The notes under the pieces are model-generated. The model made no database searches, was not told the origin of the DNA, and saw only the letters and a list, made by a program, of their open reading frames with translations. A program made the position numbers and the translations under genes. From Acidobacteriota bacterium (GTDB lineage: Bacteria; Acidobacteriota; UBA890; WLXD01), in NCBI GenBank assembly GCA_963666215.2, contig CAXWPL010000004.1, positions 224,001 through 288,000 on the forward strand: a stretch of DNA of 64,000 nt. Reading direction: 5' to 3'. This document shows, one piece after another, positions 20,927 to 33,881 of the stretch (its first letter is position 1; every line of letters starts with the position of its first letter).

Positions 20927-23086
20927 ATGCGCCACCGCCCGGCCCGCCTGCGTCAGCTGACGTCCTGCGCCTCTCGCCTCCTCCTGACGACTGCGGTCAT
21001 GCTGTCGCCAGCGTCATCGATGCTGGCCGCCGGAGCCGCCATGCCGGCGCACGCTACCGGCAACCCGAAGCACTTCCAGCCGATGGACGTGTTCCAGCTC
21101 GAGTACGCCGCAGACCCGCAGATCTCGCCCGACGGCAGCCGCATTGTCTACGTCCGCAATTTCATGGACGTCATGTCCGACGGCACGCACTCGAATCTCT
21201 GGATGATCGACGTGGCAACGGGCGAACAGCGGCCGCTCACCTCCGGCAACAACAGCAACTTCTCGCCGCGCTGGTCGCCCGACGGAAGCAAGCTCCTCTA
21301 CGTCTCCACCGAGGAGGGCGGTGCTCAGCTTTGGATGCGGTGGATGGATACGGGCCAGACGGCCAAGATCAGCAACCTCACCGCCTCTCCGGGCGCGGTG
21401 ACCTGGTCGCCGGATGGACGATGGATCTCGATGTCGATGTTCGTGCCGGGTTTCTCGGACGCCGACAACACTCTCGAGCTCAACGTCGAGCTACCTTCAC
21501 CCCCGAGCGGCGCAACCTGGGCACCTCCCGCCAAGGTCATCTCCAAGATGACCTACCGTGCCGACGGCGCGGGCTACCTACCGGACGGCTTCAACCACCT
21601 GTTCGTAGTCCCCGCCGATGGCGGCTCGCCGCGACAACTCACCAGCGGCGACTTCAACCACTTCGGCCACTCCTGGACGCCCGACAGCGAACACCTGGTC
21701 CTCGCCGCTAACCGCCACGACGAGTGGCGGTACGACCCCGCCGATTCGGAGATTTTCGAGCTCGAGCTCGCCAGCGGCGAGATGCGCGCACTGACCAGCC
21801 GCCACGGGCCGGACAACTCGCCGCAGGTCTCGCCCGACGGCAGCCAGATTCTCTACACCGGCAACGACGAGACCTACCAGGGCTACAACATCAACGAGCT
21901 GTACGTCATGAACCGCGACGGCTCGGGTATGCGGCGTTTGATCGGTCAGTTCGACCGCAGCGTCGGGGGAGCGCGTTGGGCCGCCGACGGCGACGGCATC
22001 TGGTTCCAGTACGACGATGCTGGCAACACCAAGGTCGCGTTCGTGGCAGTGGCGCAGGGCGCCGAGCCGGAGGTCGTGGCGCGCGACGTGGGCGGCCTGT
22101 CGATTGGCAGGCCCTATGCCGGCGGCCAGTTCTCGTTGTCGAGCGACGGCGCTGTGGCGTTCACCTACTCTCGTCCGGATCATCCCGCCGATGTCGCGCT
22201 AACGACAGCCGGCGGCGAGATGAGGCGCCTCACCTGGCTCAATCAGGATCTCCTCGGCCACAAGCAGCTCGGCGCCACCGAAGAGATGTGGTGGGAGTCG
22301 TCGGCCGACGGGCGCCGCGTGCAGGGCTGGATCGTCACTCCGCCCGACTTCGATGCCTCGAAGAAGTACCCGATGATCCTGGAGATCCACGGCGGGCCGT
22401 TTGCCAACTACGGCGACCGGTTCGCAGCCGAGATCCAGCTCATGGCCGCGGCAGGCTACGTGGTGCTCTACACAAACCCGCGCGGCTCGACTTCATACGG
22501 CCAGGAGTTCGGAAACCTCATCCACCACAACTATCCGGGCGAAGACTACGACGACCTGATCTCGGGAGTCGACTCCTTGATCGCCAAGGGCTACGTCGAC
22601 CCCGATCAGCTGTTCGTAACCGGCGGCTCCGGCGGCGGCGTGCTCACTGCCTGGATCGTCGGTCACACCAACCGCTTCGCTGCCGCGGTGTCGGCCAAGC
22701 CCGTGATCAATTGGTACAGCTTCGTCCTCACCGCCGACAACCCGGGCTTCTTCTACAAGTACTGGTTCCCCGGCCTGCCCTGGGACCACGCCGAGCAGTA
22801 CCTGCAGCGCTCGCCACTGCATCACGTCGGCAACGTCACCACGCCCACCATGCTGCTGACCGGCGAGCAGGACTACCGCACGCCGATCTCGGAGACCGAG
22901 CAGTTCTATGCCGCTCTCCAGCTCATGAAGGTGCCTACGGCAATGGTGCGGATCCCCGAGGCGTCGCACGGCATTGCTTCGCGGCCGAGCAACTTGATCT
23001 CGAAGGTCGCCCATATCCTCGCGTGGTTCGAGAAGTACCGAGCTCATCAAGGCGCCGACGACATGCCCACAAACAGCGCCGAATAG
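20927..23086 (+). CDS. S9 family peptidase (acylaminoacyl/dipeptidyl peptidase) with PD40 propeller
   Basis: IHGGP, NPRGSTSYG, GGSGGG nucleophile, DYRTP, ASHGI. Confidence 0.93.
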   Translation: MRHRPARLRQLTSCASRLLLTTAVMLSPASSMLAAGAAMPAHATGNPKHFQPMDVFQLEYAADPQISPDGSRIVYVRNFMDVMSDGTHSNLWMIDVATGEQRPLTSGNNSNFSPRWSPDGSKLLYVSTEEGGAQLWMRWMDTGQTAKISNLTASPGAVTWSPDGRWISMSMFVPGFSDADNTLELNVELPSPPSGATWAPPAKVISKMTYRADGAGYLPDGFNHLFVVPADGGSPRQLTSGDFNHFGHSWTPDSEHLVLAANRHDEWRYDPADSEIFELELASGEMRALTSRHGPDNSPQVSPDGSQILYTGNDETYQGYNINELYVMNRDGSGMRRLIGQFDRSVGGARWAADGDGIWFQYDDAGNTKVAFVAVAQGAEPEVVARDVGGLSIGRPYAGGQFSLSSDGAVAFTYSRPDHPADVALTTAGGEMRRLTWLNQDLLGHKQLGATEEMWWESSADGRRVQGWIVTPPDFDASKKYPMILEIHGGPFANYGDRFAAEIQLMAAAGYVVLYTNPRGSTSYGQEFGNLIHHNYPGEDYDDLISGVDSLIAKGYVDPDQLFVTGGSGGGVLTAWIVGHTNRFAAAVSAKPVINWYSFVLTADNPGFFYKYWFPGLPWDHAEQYLQRSPLHHVGNVTTPTMLLTGEQDYRTPISETEQFYAALQLMKVPTAMVRIPEASHGIASRPSNLISKVAHILAWFEKYRAHQGADDMPTNSAE

Positions 23087-23094
23087 GACTGCCC

Positions 23095-23637
23095 GTGCGG
23101 ATCGATGAGATAGCCCCGCGATCGGGTCCGGAAATCGAGACGGAGCGTCTGCTCCTACGTCAGTGGCACGAGGCCGACTTCTGGCCGTTTGCCACGTTCT
23201 TCGCGGACGCGGAAATGTCGAGCCGGCTCGGCGGCCCTGAGGATCGCCCGAACGCCTGGCGGCGGATGGCGTCGATCATCGGCCACTGGGAGCTCCGCGG
23301 CTACGGGCCCTGGGCGGTCGCAGAGCGCGAAGGCGGCACCTTCGTCGGCAGCGTAGGCCTGTGGTGCCCGGAGGGCTGGCCCGAGCTCGAGCTCGGCTAC
23401 TGGCTCACTCGCGACGGCCAGGGCAACGGCTTCGCCACCGAGGCCGGCCAGGCGTCGATCGACTACGCCTTCCAGACCCTTCGCGCCGAGACGCTGGTCA
23501 GCTACATTGGCCCCGACAACGAGCCCTCCAAGCGCGTCGCCGAAGCGCTTGGCGCCCGCTACGAGAAGATGATCGCGTTGCTCGAGCACGGTCCGCACTG
23601 CGTCTATCGCTACGACAGGCAACCCGCTTCCAGGTGA
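23095..23637 (+). CDS. RimJ/RimL GNAT acetyltransferase
   Basis: ETERLLLR, HWELRGYGPW, ELGYWL, GFATEA, NEPSKRVAEALG. Confidence 0.85.
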   Translation: MRIDEIAPRSGPEIETERLLLRQWHEADFWPFATFFADAEMSSRLGGPEDRPNAWRRMASIIGHWELRGYGPWAVAEREGGTFVGSVGLWCPEGWPELELGYWLTRDGQGNGFATEAGQASIDYAFQTLRAETLVSYIGPDNEPSKRVAEALGARYEKMIALLEHGPHCVYRYDRQPASR

Positions 23638-23689
23638 AGCGCTGAGCTGAGGCTCCATGCATGAGCGGGGTGCCGCATCGCGCTCGCCG

Positions 23690-23872
23690 CCGTCCTCCTT
23701 CAGCAACATCAGCGTCTCGGCCATCATGATCGGTCTCGCCATCGTCACCCTGGTCTTCATCCGCTGGTGAGTTCTTCCCGACGAAGAAGCCCACCTCGTC
23801 GAGACCTTCGGAAACGAATACCGGGGTTACCAATCGGCGACCGGCGCTCTGCTCCCCAGACTCCTCGGCTAA
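23690..23872 (+). pseudogene. ICMT/PEMT-type methyltransferase C-terminal remnant with in-frame TGA (23768-23770)
   Basis: Own translation: IMIGLAIVTLVFIRW*VLPDEEAHLVETFGNEYRGYQSATGALLPRLLG*; EE..L...FG.EY..Y...T..LLP motif. Confidence 0.7.
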
Positions 23873-23887
23873 CATCGGCCGCTTGGG

Positions 23888-23970
23888 CGTGAGTTCCAAG
23901 GAGGCTGTCCACGAACTCCCTTCTTGGACTCGAGTCATCGATGTTGTCATGCCGATGACGGCGGGGGGCG
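23888..23970 (-). mobile_element. Degenerate remnant of an IS481 end
   Basis: CGTGAGTTCCAAGGAGGCTGTCCACGAACTC...TGTCATGCCGATGACGGCG aligns with 14716-14798 (TGTGAGTTCTAGGTAGGTTGTTCACGAACTC...TGTCATGCCGATGCCGGCG). Confidence 0.75.
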
Positions 23971-24164
23971 AGGGTCAGCGGGCACACTCGGCGTTCGAGA
24001 TCACAACCTCCTCTTGAGAGGCGACTCCTGACGGCAAGATTTCGCTCGAGCTCGAGCAGCGGCTCGTCGGCGGACCGGGAATCCAGTTGCAGGGCGCGTA
24101 TAATCGTGGCCCCGCTCGGGCTGATCTCCGAGGCCCTCACCCGCGCCGCCGGAGGCGTTCTTCT

Positions 24165-24756
24165 TTGCAGCACTGGCGCGAAACCAGCTCGATCTATCAC
24201 CGCGTCCTGGAGCTGCGCGCCAGCGGCGACGAAGCGGCTCGCGCGACGGTGATCCGAATCGAGCGATCCGCCTACCGACGCCCCGGAGCCAAGCTGCTCA
24301 TCGAGGCCGCCGGCTCCCGTTTGGGAAGCGTGAGCGGTGGCTGTCTCGAAGAGGACGTACGGCAAGTTGCCCTGGAGGTGATGGACTCGGGCGCGCCGCG
24401 ACGTCTGCACTACCGCACCGGGGCCGACGACTCCCCACTGTGGGGGCTCGGGCTCGGCTGCGACGGCGAAGTTGACATCTTCGTGCAATCGATCGATCAG
24501 CTCGAACCCGTTCTGGAGAGCGCCTTGGAGCGACTCGCCGGCGACGACCCGTTTCTGTTGGTCACCCAGATCGACGGCGATGGCGCGGGTACCGTGACAG
24601 TGCGAACGCCCGCCGATGTAGCTCGCCGGACTCTTCTGCCACCGACCTCGAGACTCGCAACGAAAGCGCTCGTTTCGCTCGTTTCAGAGAACGGCTGAAC
24701 CCTCCGCCATTCCTGGTGCTGCTCGGAGCCGCCGACGACGCCGTACCGCTCGTTGA
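24165..24756 (+). pseudogene. XdhC/CoxI molybdoenzyme maturation factor, frameshifted and truncated
   Basis: SAYRRPGAKL, GSVSGGCLE, WGLGLGCDG; in another frame LNPPPFLVLLGAADDAVPL, then a break. RBS GGAGG before TTG 24165; TATAAT at 24098-24103. Confidence 0.8.
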
Positions 24757-24828
24757 ACCAACATCGACATCCCGATCACGCCCGACAAGGTCTGGGCAAT
24801 CCTCAACGATCACGGGATCGCCGAATAG
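24757..24828 (+). pseudogene. Extreme C-terminus of a CoxL/xanthine-dehydrogenase-family large subunit
   Basis: Own translation: TNIDIPITPDKVWAILNDHGIAE*. Confidence 0.65.
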
Positions 24829-24879
24829 GAGAACGCGCTCGGCGGCGCCAAGCTCGACGTGGCGCCGCCGGCGGGTCGA

Positions 24880-26170
24880 CTAGAGGCAATCGGTAGGGTC
24901 GGTCTGCCTTGAATGAGTCGAAGACTGAATGCTCCGAGGTGTCAAACGAGCCACCAGGCTGGCTGCGGTCATGTCGCCGGTGACGTTGACGAGGGTCTTG
25001 AAGATGTCAGGTATAGCCTCGACCGTTGTGAGCAAGACGATGCCCTCGACCGGGATCCCCACAGCGACGAACGCCGGCAGCGTTGAAAAGGGGATGCCGC
25101 CGCTCGGGATACCAACCGCCCCGAAGCTCAACAGCAGGGCCAGGGCGGCAACCGAGAGGATCTCGACAGGCGTCAGGTCGATGCCGTAGAGCTTGGCCAG
25201 GAAGAGCAGCTCGACCGGGTCGGAGATCGTCCGATGCACCTTGAACGTGCTCGATGAGATGGGCAGCACGAAGCTGCTGACGCCGGCCGGGAGCCTCAGG
25301 CGGTTGTGGGCCGCCTCGAGCAGGGCAGGCAACGCGGCGAGCGAGGAGCGCGTGGTTATCGCGACTGTCTGAGCGGGCACCAACGCCGCCGCGAACTCTG
25401 CGAGCGGCTGCCGCCCGACCCAAGATGCCACCAGATAGAGCAACAACGTAAACGCCAGCAGGACCGCACAGAGCGTGATGGCGAAGTACGCGAGCACGCC
25501 TGCTATCTGCACGCCGAATCGAGCGGTCATCACGAAAGTGAGCGCGAACACCCCCAGCGGAATGAACCGTAGAACCCAGCCCAGGGCTCTCTCGGTGACG
25601 TTCGCGGCGCGCTGGAAGAACTGAACCAACACCTGTCGTCGTGAGGCAGACATGCTCATCAAGCCCACCACGAAGAGAGCAGCAAGAAACAAAAATGGCA
25701 GAACAGCTCGGCTCACCGCCGCTCCCACCGAGTTGAGGAGAGCCAGGAGCACCGGCTGGTCCGTTGCGCCGCTCAACGTGCCGCGTTCGTCGACGCCGGC
25801 CTCGGGTACCACGGCACCGGAGGCGGTGCCGAGCTCGAACGTCAACCCGCTCAGCAGCGTTGGCGTGATCAGGCACGCGAATGACGCCGCCGTCAGCAAC
25901 AGAACAACGAAGACAGCGAACGAAGCGCCACCGAGAACGCCGAGCACGCGCGGACTCGAGGCGGAGCTCAGGCCGACGACCAGTCGAGAGACAACCAGCG
26001 GAACAACCGTCAGCTGCAGGAGCACGATCCACAGAACGCCAAGCGGCTCGACGACGGCCACGGCCAGATCGACCGAGCTGAGGCCACGAGCGCGCGACCG
26101 TCGCCACGGCAAAGCCCGCCAGCAGGGCGACGATCGACGCTGAGGTCAGCGACCACGGCGTCTTGCGCGG
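24880..26170 (-). pseudogene. Dicarboxylate/amino acid:cation symporter (DAACS), frameshifted near the N-terminus
   Basis: TRSSLAALP, FVLPISS, GAVGIP, IPDIFKTLVNVTGD; the first TM helix (SLTSASIVALLAGF) is in a different frame from the rest. Confidence 0.75.
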
Positions 26171-26433
26171 CGCGGCCGCTGCCTCGCGGTGGGGGCGGCG
26201 GGCGCTCAGAGTTCCGCCGCGACGGATAGCAGTCGGCCGACCAGGCCACACGAGCGGGCCTTCGGGTCAAGAAGAGTCAGGGGCAACGGATCCCCGCAAG
26301 GCTGGTCGTCAGGGTCGGGCGGCATGATGCAGCAGAAGCGAGTGACGTCAAAGGACGCGGCCCCGGGCCGCGGCCCTCTCCGGCTGCTTCGCGCAGCACG
26401 TATGCTGACATGTTCGGGCTCGGAAGAGGCAAC

Positions 26434-26668
26434 TGGGCCTGCCCCGATTTCACGGACACTTCAAGAGGCCAGATAATGGCCTCGGAGGTAACCGATGGGA
26501 AGACGGCGGCATTTCAGTCGAGAGTTCAAGATCGAAGCAGTCCGGATGACCAGGGAGGGCGATCACACGCTCGCCGAAGTGGCACGGGATCTGGGTATCG
26601 GTGCCGGGCTATTGGGTCGGTGGCGAAGGCAGCTCGAGTTCGGATTGGGCGACAGCGGGGCAGCTTAG
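26434..26668 (+). mobile_element. IS3-family left-end remnant (IRL plus truncated OrfA)
   Basis: TGGGCCTGCCCCGATTTCACGGACAC IRL-like end; 26495-26668 encodes MGRRRHFSREFKIEAVRM...LAEVARDLGI...LGRWRRQ (HTH_Tnp_1); no orfB. Confidence 0.8.
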
Positions 26669-26669
26669 C

Positions 26670-27254
26670 CCGCATGTGGCTCCCCCCTGGCTGGTCGAGT
26701 TCGTTGATTCATTCAGACCAGAGGCTCGAGCGAAGCTCCGTGCCTCCGGCGGCTGCATGGGCACGTTCGAGGCGGATGGATATCAACCACACGCGAGACC
26801 CACAAGAACCCTACAAGAGGTCGTTCAGGGCGCGCTCGCGGCGATACGTGGTCGAGTGATCGGCGAAGTTGTCGGCTACGGCCGTCGCTTCGGCACGATG
26901 TTGGCCATTGAAATCACCGACCAAGTGTCGCGCTCAGCGGCGTATCCGGCTGCCAGACGGGTCTACGTGGAGTACCCGAACGCGAGACTCGCGCTCGGGG
27001 ATGAGTGCGTGTCTTACCAAAAAGGATCGTGGCCACCGCCACCGAGCGCGGGTGACGAGGTCCTGTTGTTTCCCGCGCGCCCGCCTTCAAGCCTGGTCCC
27101 TCTCGTGGCAGACATCTCGTTCGGAGATGAGCGGGAGTTCATGGTTGTCTCCGGTCCGTTTGTACAGACGTATCGCGACCGTAGGATATCGGGATTGTCT
27201 GACGAACCCAGGATCAATGACATCTGGCGACGTGTTCGTCGACTAGCTCAGTAG
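26670..27254 (+). CDS. Hypothetical protein, probably 5'-truncated by the IS3 remnant
   Basis: Open frame with protein-like composition; no family recognised. Confidence 0.4.
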   Translation, partial: PHVAPPWLVEFVDSFRPEARAKLRASGGCMGTFEADGYQPHARPTRTLQEVVQGALAAIRGRVIGEVVGYGRRFGTMLAIEITDQVSRSAAYPAARRVYVEYPNARLALGDECVSYQKGSWPPPPSAGDEVLLFPARPPSSLVPLVADISFGDEREFMVVSGPFVQTYRDRRISGLSDEPRINDIWRRVRRLAQ

Positions 27255-27318
27255 CGGGGGGCGGGATGAAGATATTCCACGCGTCAGCAGTAGTGCGTCC
27301 AGCGCACGCGGCTATGCC

Positions 27319-27830
27319 GTGATCTCGCAGAGCATGGCCGACGAGTACTGGCCCGGCGAAGACGCGATCGGCAAGCGCTTCCTCGGCTGGCGCGACCCGG
27401 AACGCGTCAAGACGATCATCGGGGTGGTGGGTGACGTGCGCGAGCGCGATCTCGAGAGCGAGGCTCGCCATATGGTCTACATGCCGTTCTACCAGAACCC
27501 CTGGGCGAACATATACGTGCTGATGCGCAGCGAGAGCGATCCCGCCTCGCTGATCACCGCCGTGCGCAATACCGTCCACGACATCGCGCCCGACAAGCCG
27601 GTTTCGAGCGTCCGCCCGCTGCAGTCGCTGCTCGAGGACTCGATGACCGGGCGTCGTTTCTACACCAGGCTGCTGCTCGTGTTCGCGAGCATCGCCCTGG
27701 CGCTGGCAGCGGCCGGCGTGTACGGAGTGATCGCCTACTCGGTGACTCAGCGCACCGCGGAGATCGGGATCCGCATGGCCATGGGTGCGGGTCGAGCGAG
27801 CGTTCTCGGCATGATCGTTCGTCAGGGGTC
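27319..27830 (+). pseudogene. FtsX/ADOP ABC permease internal remnant
   Basis: ISQSMADEYWPGEDAIGKR...IIGVVGDV...GVYGVIAYSVTQRTAEIGIRMAMGA...RQG; truncated at both ends. Confidence 0.8.
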
Positions 27831-28046
27831 GCCAGGAGTATCGACATGTCCCAGAGGCTCGCAGCATCGCTCCCGTCAGAGCTGCGCCCAGGCCCAGCAG
27901 CAACGACGGCAGCCCCGCGACCACGCTGCCAATCGCCAGCTCGGCGCCGCGTCTGGCGAATACATAAACCGCCAGTCACACAAGGCGGAGGTTCGTGAAG
28001 CGGAGATGGCGTGCACCGATCGCAGCAGCCCCCTCCGGATGCGACA

Positions 28047-28190
28047 TGTGGCATGCTCGCTCGAGTCGTATCCTCTCCCACCCCTTGGCATCCCAGAGCG
28101 ACGACCCGCTGGAGCCCCGATGCAGCCGAGCACACGACTCGCGCAGCGCGAGATCGGTGAAGGCGGTAGGGGCGCGGTGTACCGTGCCCC
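28047..28190 (+). repeat. Degenerate copy of the kinase promoter, RBS and first ~24 codons (other copy 29056-29210)
   Basis: TGTGGCATGCTC...TATCCT...CCGCTGGAG.CCCGATGCAGCC..GCACACGACTCG in both copies; MQPSTRL..EIGEGGRGAVYRA vs MQPGTRL...KIGEGGMGAVYRA. Confidence 0.8.
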
Positions 28191-28196
28191 CGAACC

Positions 28197-28991
28197 GTGA
28201 GCGAAATCGGACCGCCTGACCGGACCGCGAGCCGCCCCGATCCCGTGGTCAGCGATGGTGGCCCGGAGGATCTGTTCCGGCAATCGGAGCTCGCGGACCA
28301 GGCGCGCTTCGAAGAGGAGCCGCTCACGCGTCCCGAGTACCTGAACGTGCTGGTGCACTTCTACCGCGCCGAGGTGAACCGCTCGTCGATGTGGCGTCAG
28401 CGTCTCGACGCCACCACCAACTGGGCGGTTCTCACGAGCGCCGGCATGCTGTCGTTTTCCTTCGCCGGCGTCGACCACCCTCACATCCTGCTGCTGCTCA
28501 CGAACCTGATCGTGCTCGCATTCCTCTTCATCGAAGCGCGCCGCTACCGACGCTACGAAGTCTACCAGGCGCGCGTGCGGATGCTCGAGGAGAACGTCCT
28601 GCTGCCCATCATTTCTCGCCGGCTGATCTCACCCAAGCCGCTGTGGCGGACGCAAATCTGCAAAGACCTCAACCACCCGACCTACAAGAGCCGGCTGCTG
28701 CACACCATCGGGTTCCGTCTACGCCGCAACTACCTCACCATCTTCGGCGTCCTGCTCGGCGCCTGGCTGATGAAGCTCGAGCTCCATCCAACGTACGCAC
28801 CGTCGGCGGCGGCCCTGTGGGAACGCATGGCAGTGGGCCAGCTCGTGCCGCCCGCGGTGGTGTTCGGGGTCGGCGTCCTGTTCTATATCGGCCTCGCGGT
28901 GCTCGTCTGGTTGGGACGTAACCTCCATCCTCTCGGGCCCGCCGACGAGGTCGAGGGTTTGGAGCCGGATCTCGGCGACTGGATTGTCTAG
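28197..28991 (+). CDS. DUF2270 family membrane protein
   Basis: HFYRAEVNR...WRQRLDATTNWAV...IEARRYRRY...RLRRNY. Confidence 0.85.
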   Translation: MSEIGPPDRTASRPDPVVSDGGPEDLFRQSELADQARFEEEPLTRPEYLNVLVHFYRAEVNRSSMWRQRLDATTNWAVLTSAGMLSFSFAGVDHPHILLLLTNLIVLAFLFIEARRYRRYEVYQARVRMLEENVLLPIISRRLISPKPLWRTQICKDLNHPTYKSRLLHTIGFRLRRNYLTIFGVLLGAWLMKLELHPTYAPSAAALWERMAVGQLVPPAVVFGVGVLFYIGLAVLVWLGRNLHPLGPADEVEGLEPDLGDWIV

Positions 28992-29129
28992 CGAGCCGCG
29001 GAATCGCACGGAGAACCTCGAGGAATCCCGAGGAACCCCGAGGCGGGCACGCATCTGTGGCATGCTCCGCTCGGTTGATATCCTGTCGCGCCGCTGACGC
29101 CCCGCTGCTGCGACACCGCTGGAGGCCCG

Positions 29130-31793
<2,664 letters not shown>

Positions 31794-31840
31794 AAAGAGA
31801 AGGCCTAAGCTGAACCCCACTTTCTCCGAGAGGTGCTGAA

Positions 31841-33715
31841 GTGAAGAGAATCCCTGGCGCACAGGCCCTGGCGTGGAACGGGCGCATCGCGACCCTGCTC
31901 GTGCTCGCCCAGACCGTCGGATGCACAGCCCCCTCGAGCGACGACCCCGCGGCGGCAGACGCCCCGACACCGATCGCGGTCTCTGGGCCGGCCCCCGACC
32001 GCGGTGCGGCGGGCGGCGAGGATCCTTCACGCCCGAGATGGAACAAGTTCCACACCGCCGCCGAGGCCAACGCGTCGCTCGAGGCCTGGGGTCACGAGTA
32101 TCCTGTGCTTACCAGCGTCTACTCGATCGGTGAAACCCTGGCCGGCAGTCCTCTGATGGTCATCGAGATCACCAACAAAGCAACCGGCGCCGCCGAGGAC
32201 AAGCCCGCCTACTACTACGACGGCGGCATCCATGCCGGCGAGCTCACCGGCGGCGAGGTGGCGCTGCACTTCGCCTGGTACGTGCTGAGCAACTACGGAG
32301 TCGACGAACAGATCACACGCCTCGTCGACACACGGGCGCTCTATGTAAGGCCCAAGTTCAACCCCGACGGGGCCGACATCGCACTGACCTCGGCGCAGAC
32401 CCTGCGGAGCACGCCGCGGCCGTACGACAACGACGGCGACGGTCTGCTCGATGAGGACCCGCCCAACGACCTCGACGGCGACGCGCACATCACTCGGATG
32501 CGAGTGCCGAACCCTGACGGTGCCTGGTACATCAGCCCCGACGATGCGCGGCTGATGCTGCGCCGGCCCCGGACGGGTGCCGACGGCTTCGGCGGCGGCC
32601 CACCGCAGGCCTCGCCAGCGCCGCCGGCGGGCACGCAGTTCTACGACGTGCTCTCCGAGGGCGTCGACGACGACCGCGACGGCCGCACCAACGAGGACGG
32701 CATCGGCGGCATCGACATGAACCGCAACTTCCCACGCAACTGGGGGCTCGAGTTCGAACAGAGCGGCGCCGGGCCCTACCCGCTGTCGGAACCAGAGACC
32801 GCGGCGACCATCGCGTTTCTGAATTCACACCGCAACATCACCGGCATCTTCCACGGCCACACCTCCGGCGGCTTCGCCTTCCGGTTGCCTTCAACGACGG
32901 CCTGGAGCGAGTTCCCGTCCGCCGATCAAGAGCTCATTCTCGAGCAGTCGGCGAAGTACGAGGAGACCACCGGACAACAGGCCCTGCCGAGCTACACCAA
33001 CCCCGAGGTGCATCGCCACGGCACGTTGATCTCGTGGGGCTTCTGGGACTTCGGCGTGGTCGGCTTCGTTCCCGAGTTCTGGCGCGGCATCGGCACCGAC
33101 GACGACAAGGACGGCGAGATTTCGGAGCTCGAGCGCCTGCGGTACCACGACGAGGAACTGGAGAGCTCCTACATCACCGACTGGGCGCCCTATGAACATC
33201 CGGAGCTCGGCACCGTGGAGATCGGCGGCTGGCACTCGAAGTTCGTCAGCCAGAATCCGCCACGCGAGCTCCTGCAGGGCGAGGTGGAGCTCTACGTCCC
33301 CTGGATGCTGTGGCTTGCCGAGATCGCGCCGCAGATCGAGATCTCCGACGTGACCGTAGAAACCGTGCAGCCGCGACAAGGCGACGACGACAGCCTTCGT
33401 CACGTTCGCGTTGAGGTGACCAATACCGGGTACCTGCCGACTCACCTGACACAACGAGCCCTCGACGCCGAGGTCGCGGTGCCCGTGCGCGCCATCGCCA
33501 CCCTTACCGGCGCGGAGTTCCTCGAGGGCAACGGTCGCGTCGATGTCGGCCATCTCGCGGGGACCCGCGACAACGGCGACGCACCTGGCCCGGACCTCAC
33601 GACCGGCGTGGCCGATTTCCTGGTTCGGCTCACCGCACCCACCGCAGAGATGGCGCTGACCGTGGCATCGGAGCGCGGCGGGGTTGTTCGGCAGACCCTA
33701 GCGCTGCAACGCTAA
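31841..33715 (+). CDS. M14 zinc carboxypeptidase family protein
   Basis: GIHAGE, NPDG, DMNRNFP, PLSEPET; DxDGDG Ca-binding-like motifs. Confidence 0.9.
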   Translation: MKRIPGAQALAWNGRIATLLVLAQTVGCTAPSSDDPAAADAPTPIAVSGPAPDRGAAGGEDPSRPRWNKFHTAAEANASLEAWGHEYPVLTSVYSIGETLAGSPLMVIEITNKATGAAEDKPAYYYDGGIHAGELTGGEVALHFAWYVLSNYGVDEQITRLVDTRALYVRPKFNPDGADIALTSAQTLRSTPRPYDNDGDGLLDEDPPNDLDGDAHITRMRVPNPDGAWYISPDDARLMLRRPRTGADGFGGGPPQASPAPPAGTQFYDVLSEGVDDDRDGRTNEDGIGGIDMNRNFPRNWGLEFEQSGAGPYPLSEPETAATIAFLNSHRNITGIFHGHTSGGFAFRLPSTTAWSEFPSADQELILEQSAKYEETTGQQALPSYTNPEVHRHGTLISWGFWDFGVVGFVPEFWRGIGTDDDKDGEISELERLRYHDEELESSYITDWAPYEHPELGTVEIGGWHSKFVSQNPPRELLQGEVELYVPWMLWLAEIAPQIEISDVTVETVQPRQGDDDSLRHVRVEVTNTGYLPTHLTQRALDAEVAVPVRAIATLTGAEFLEGNGRVDVGHLAGTRDNGDAPGPDLTTGVADFLVRLTAPTAEMALTVASERGGVVRQTLALQR

Positions 33716-33881
33716 GAGCGGGTCAACGCCGCAGTGTTCGGGGCGAAGGGCGCTCTGTTCGAAGTCGATTGATCCCCCGCTAGGCGTCGTGATCGCGGAC
33801 GCGCGCACGTCGTAGAATCGACACCACTGCCGAACCTGTGCGGCGCCCACCCGAAGTTCCACCCGACCCTGGAGCACATCA

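Noticed and set aside
21724-23094. Long N-terminal extension of the GNAT ORF (637 aa)
   Set aside because: It overlaps the S9 peptidase in another frame and is Arg/Pro-rich; only the last ~180 aa are GNAT.
27850-28015. Possible further membrane-protein remnant on the minus strand (RLV*LAVYVFARRGAELAIGSVVAGLPSLLLGLG)
   Set aside because: It looks hydrophobic and protein-like but no family is recognisable; too weak to call.
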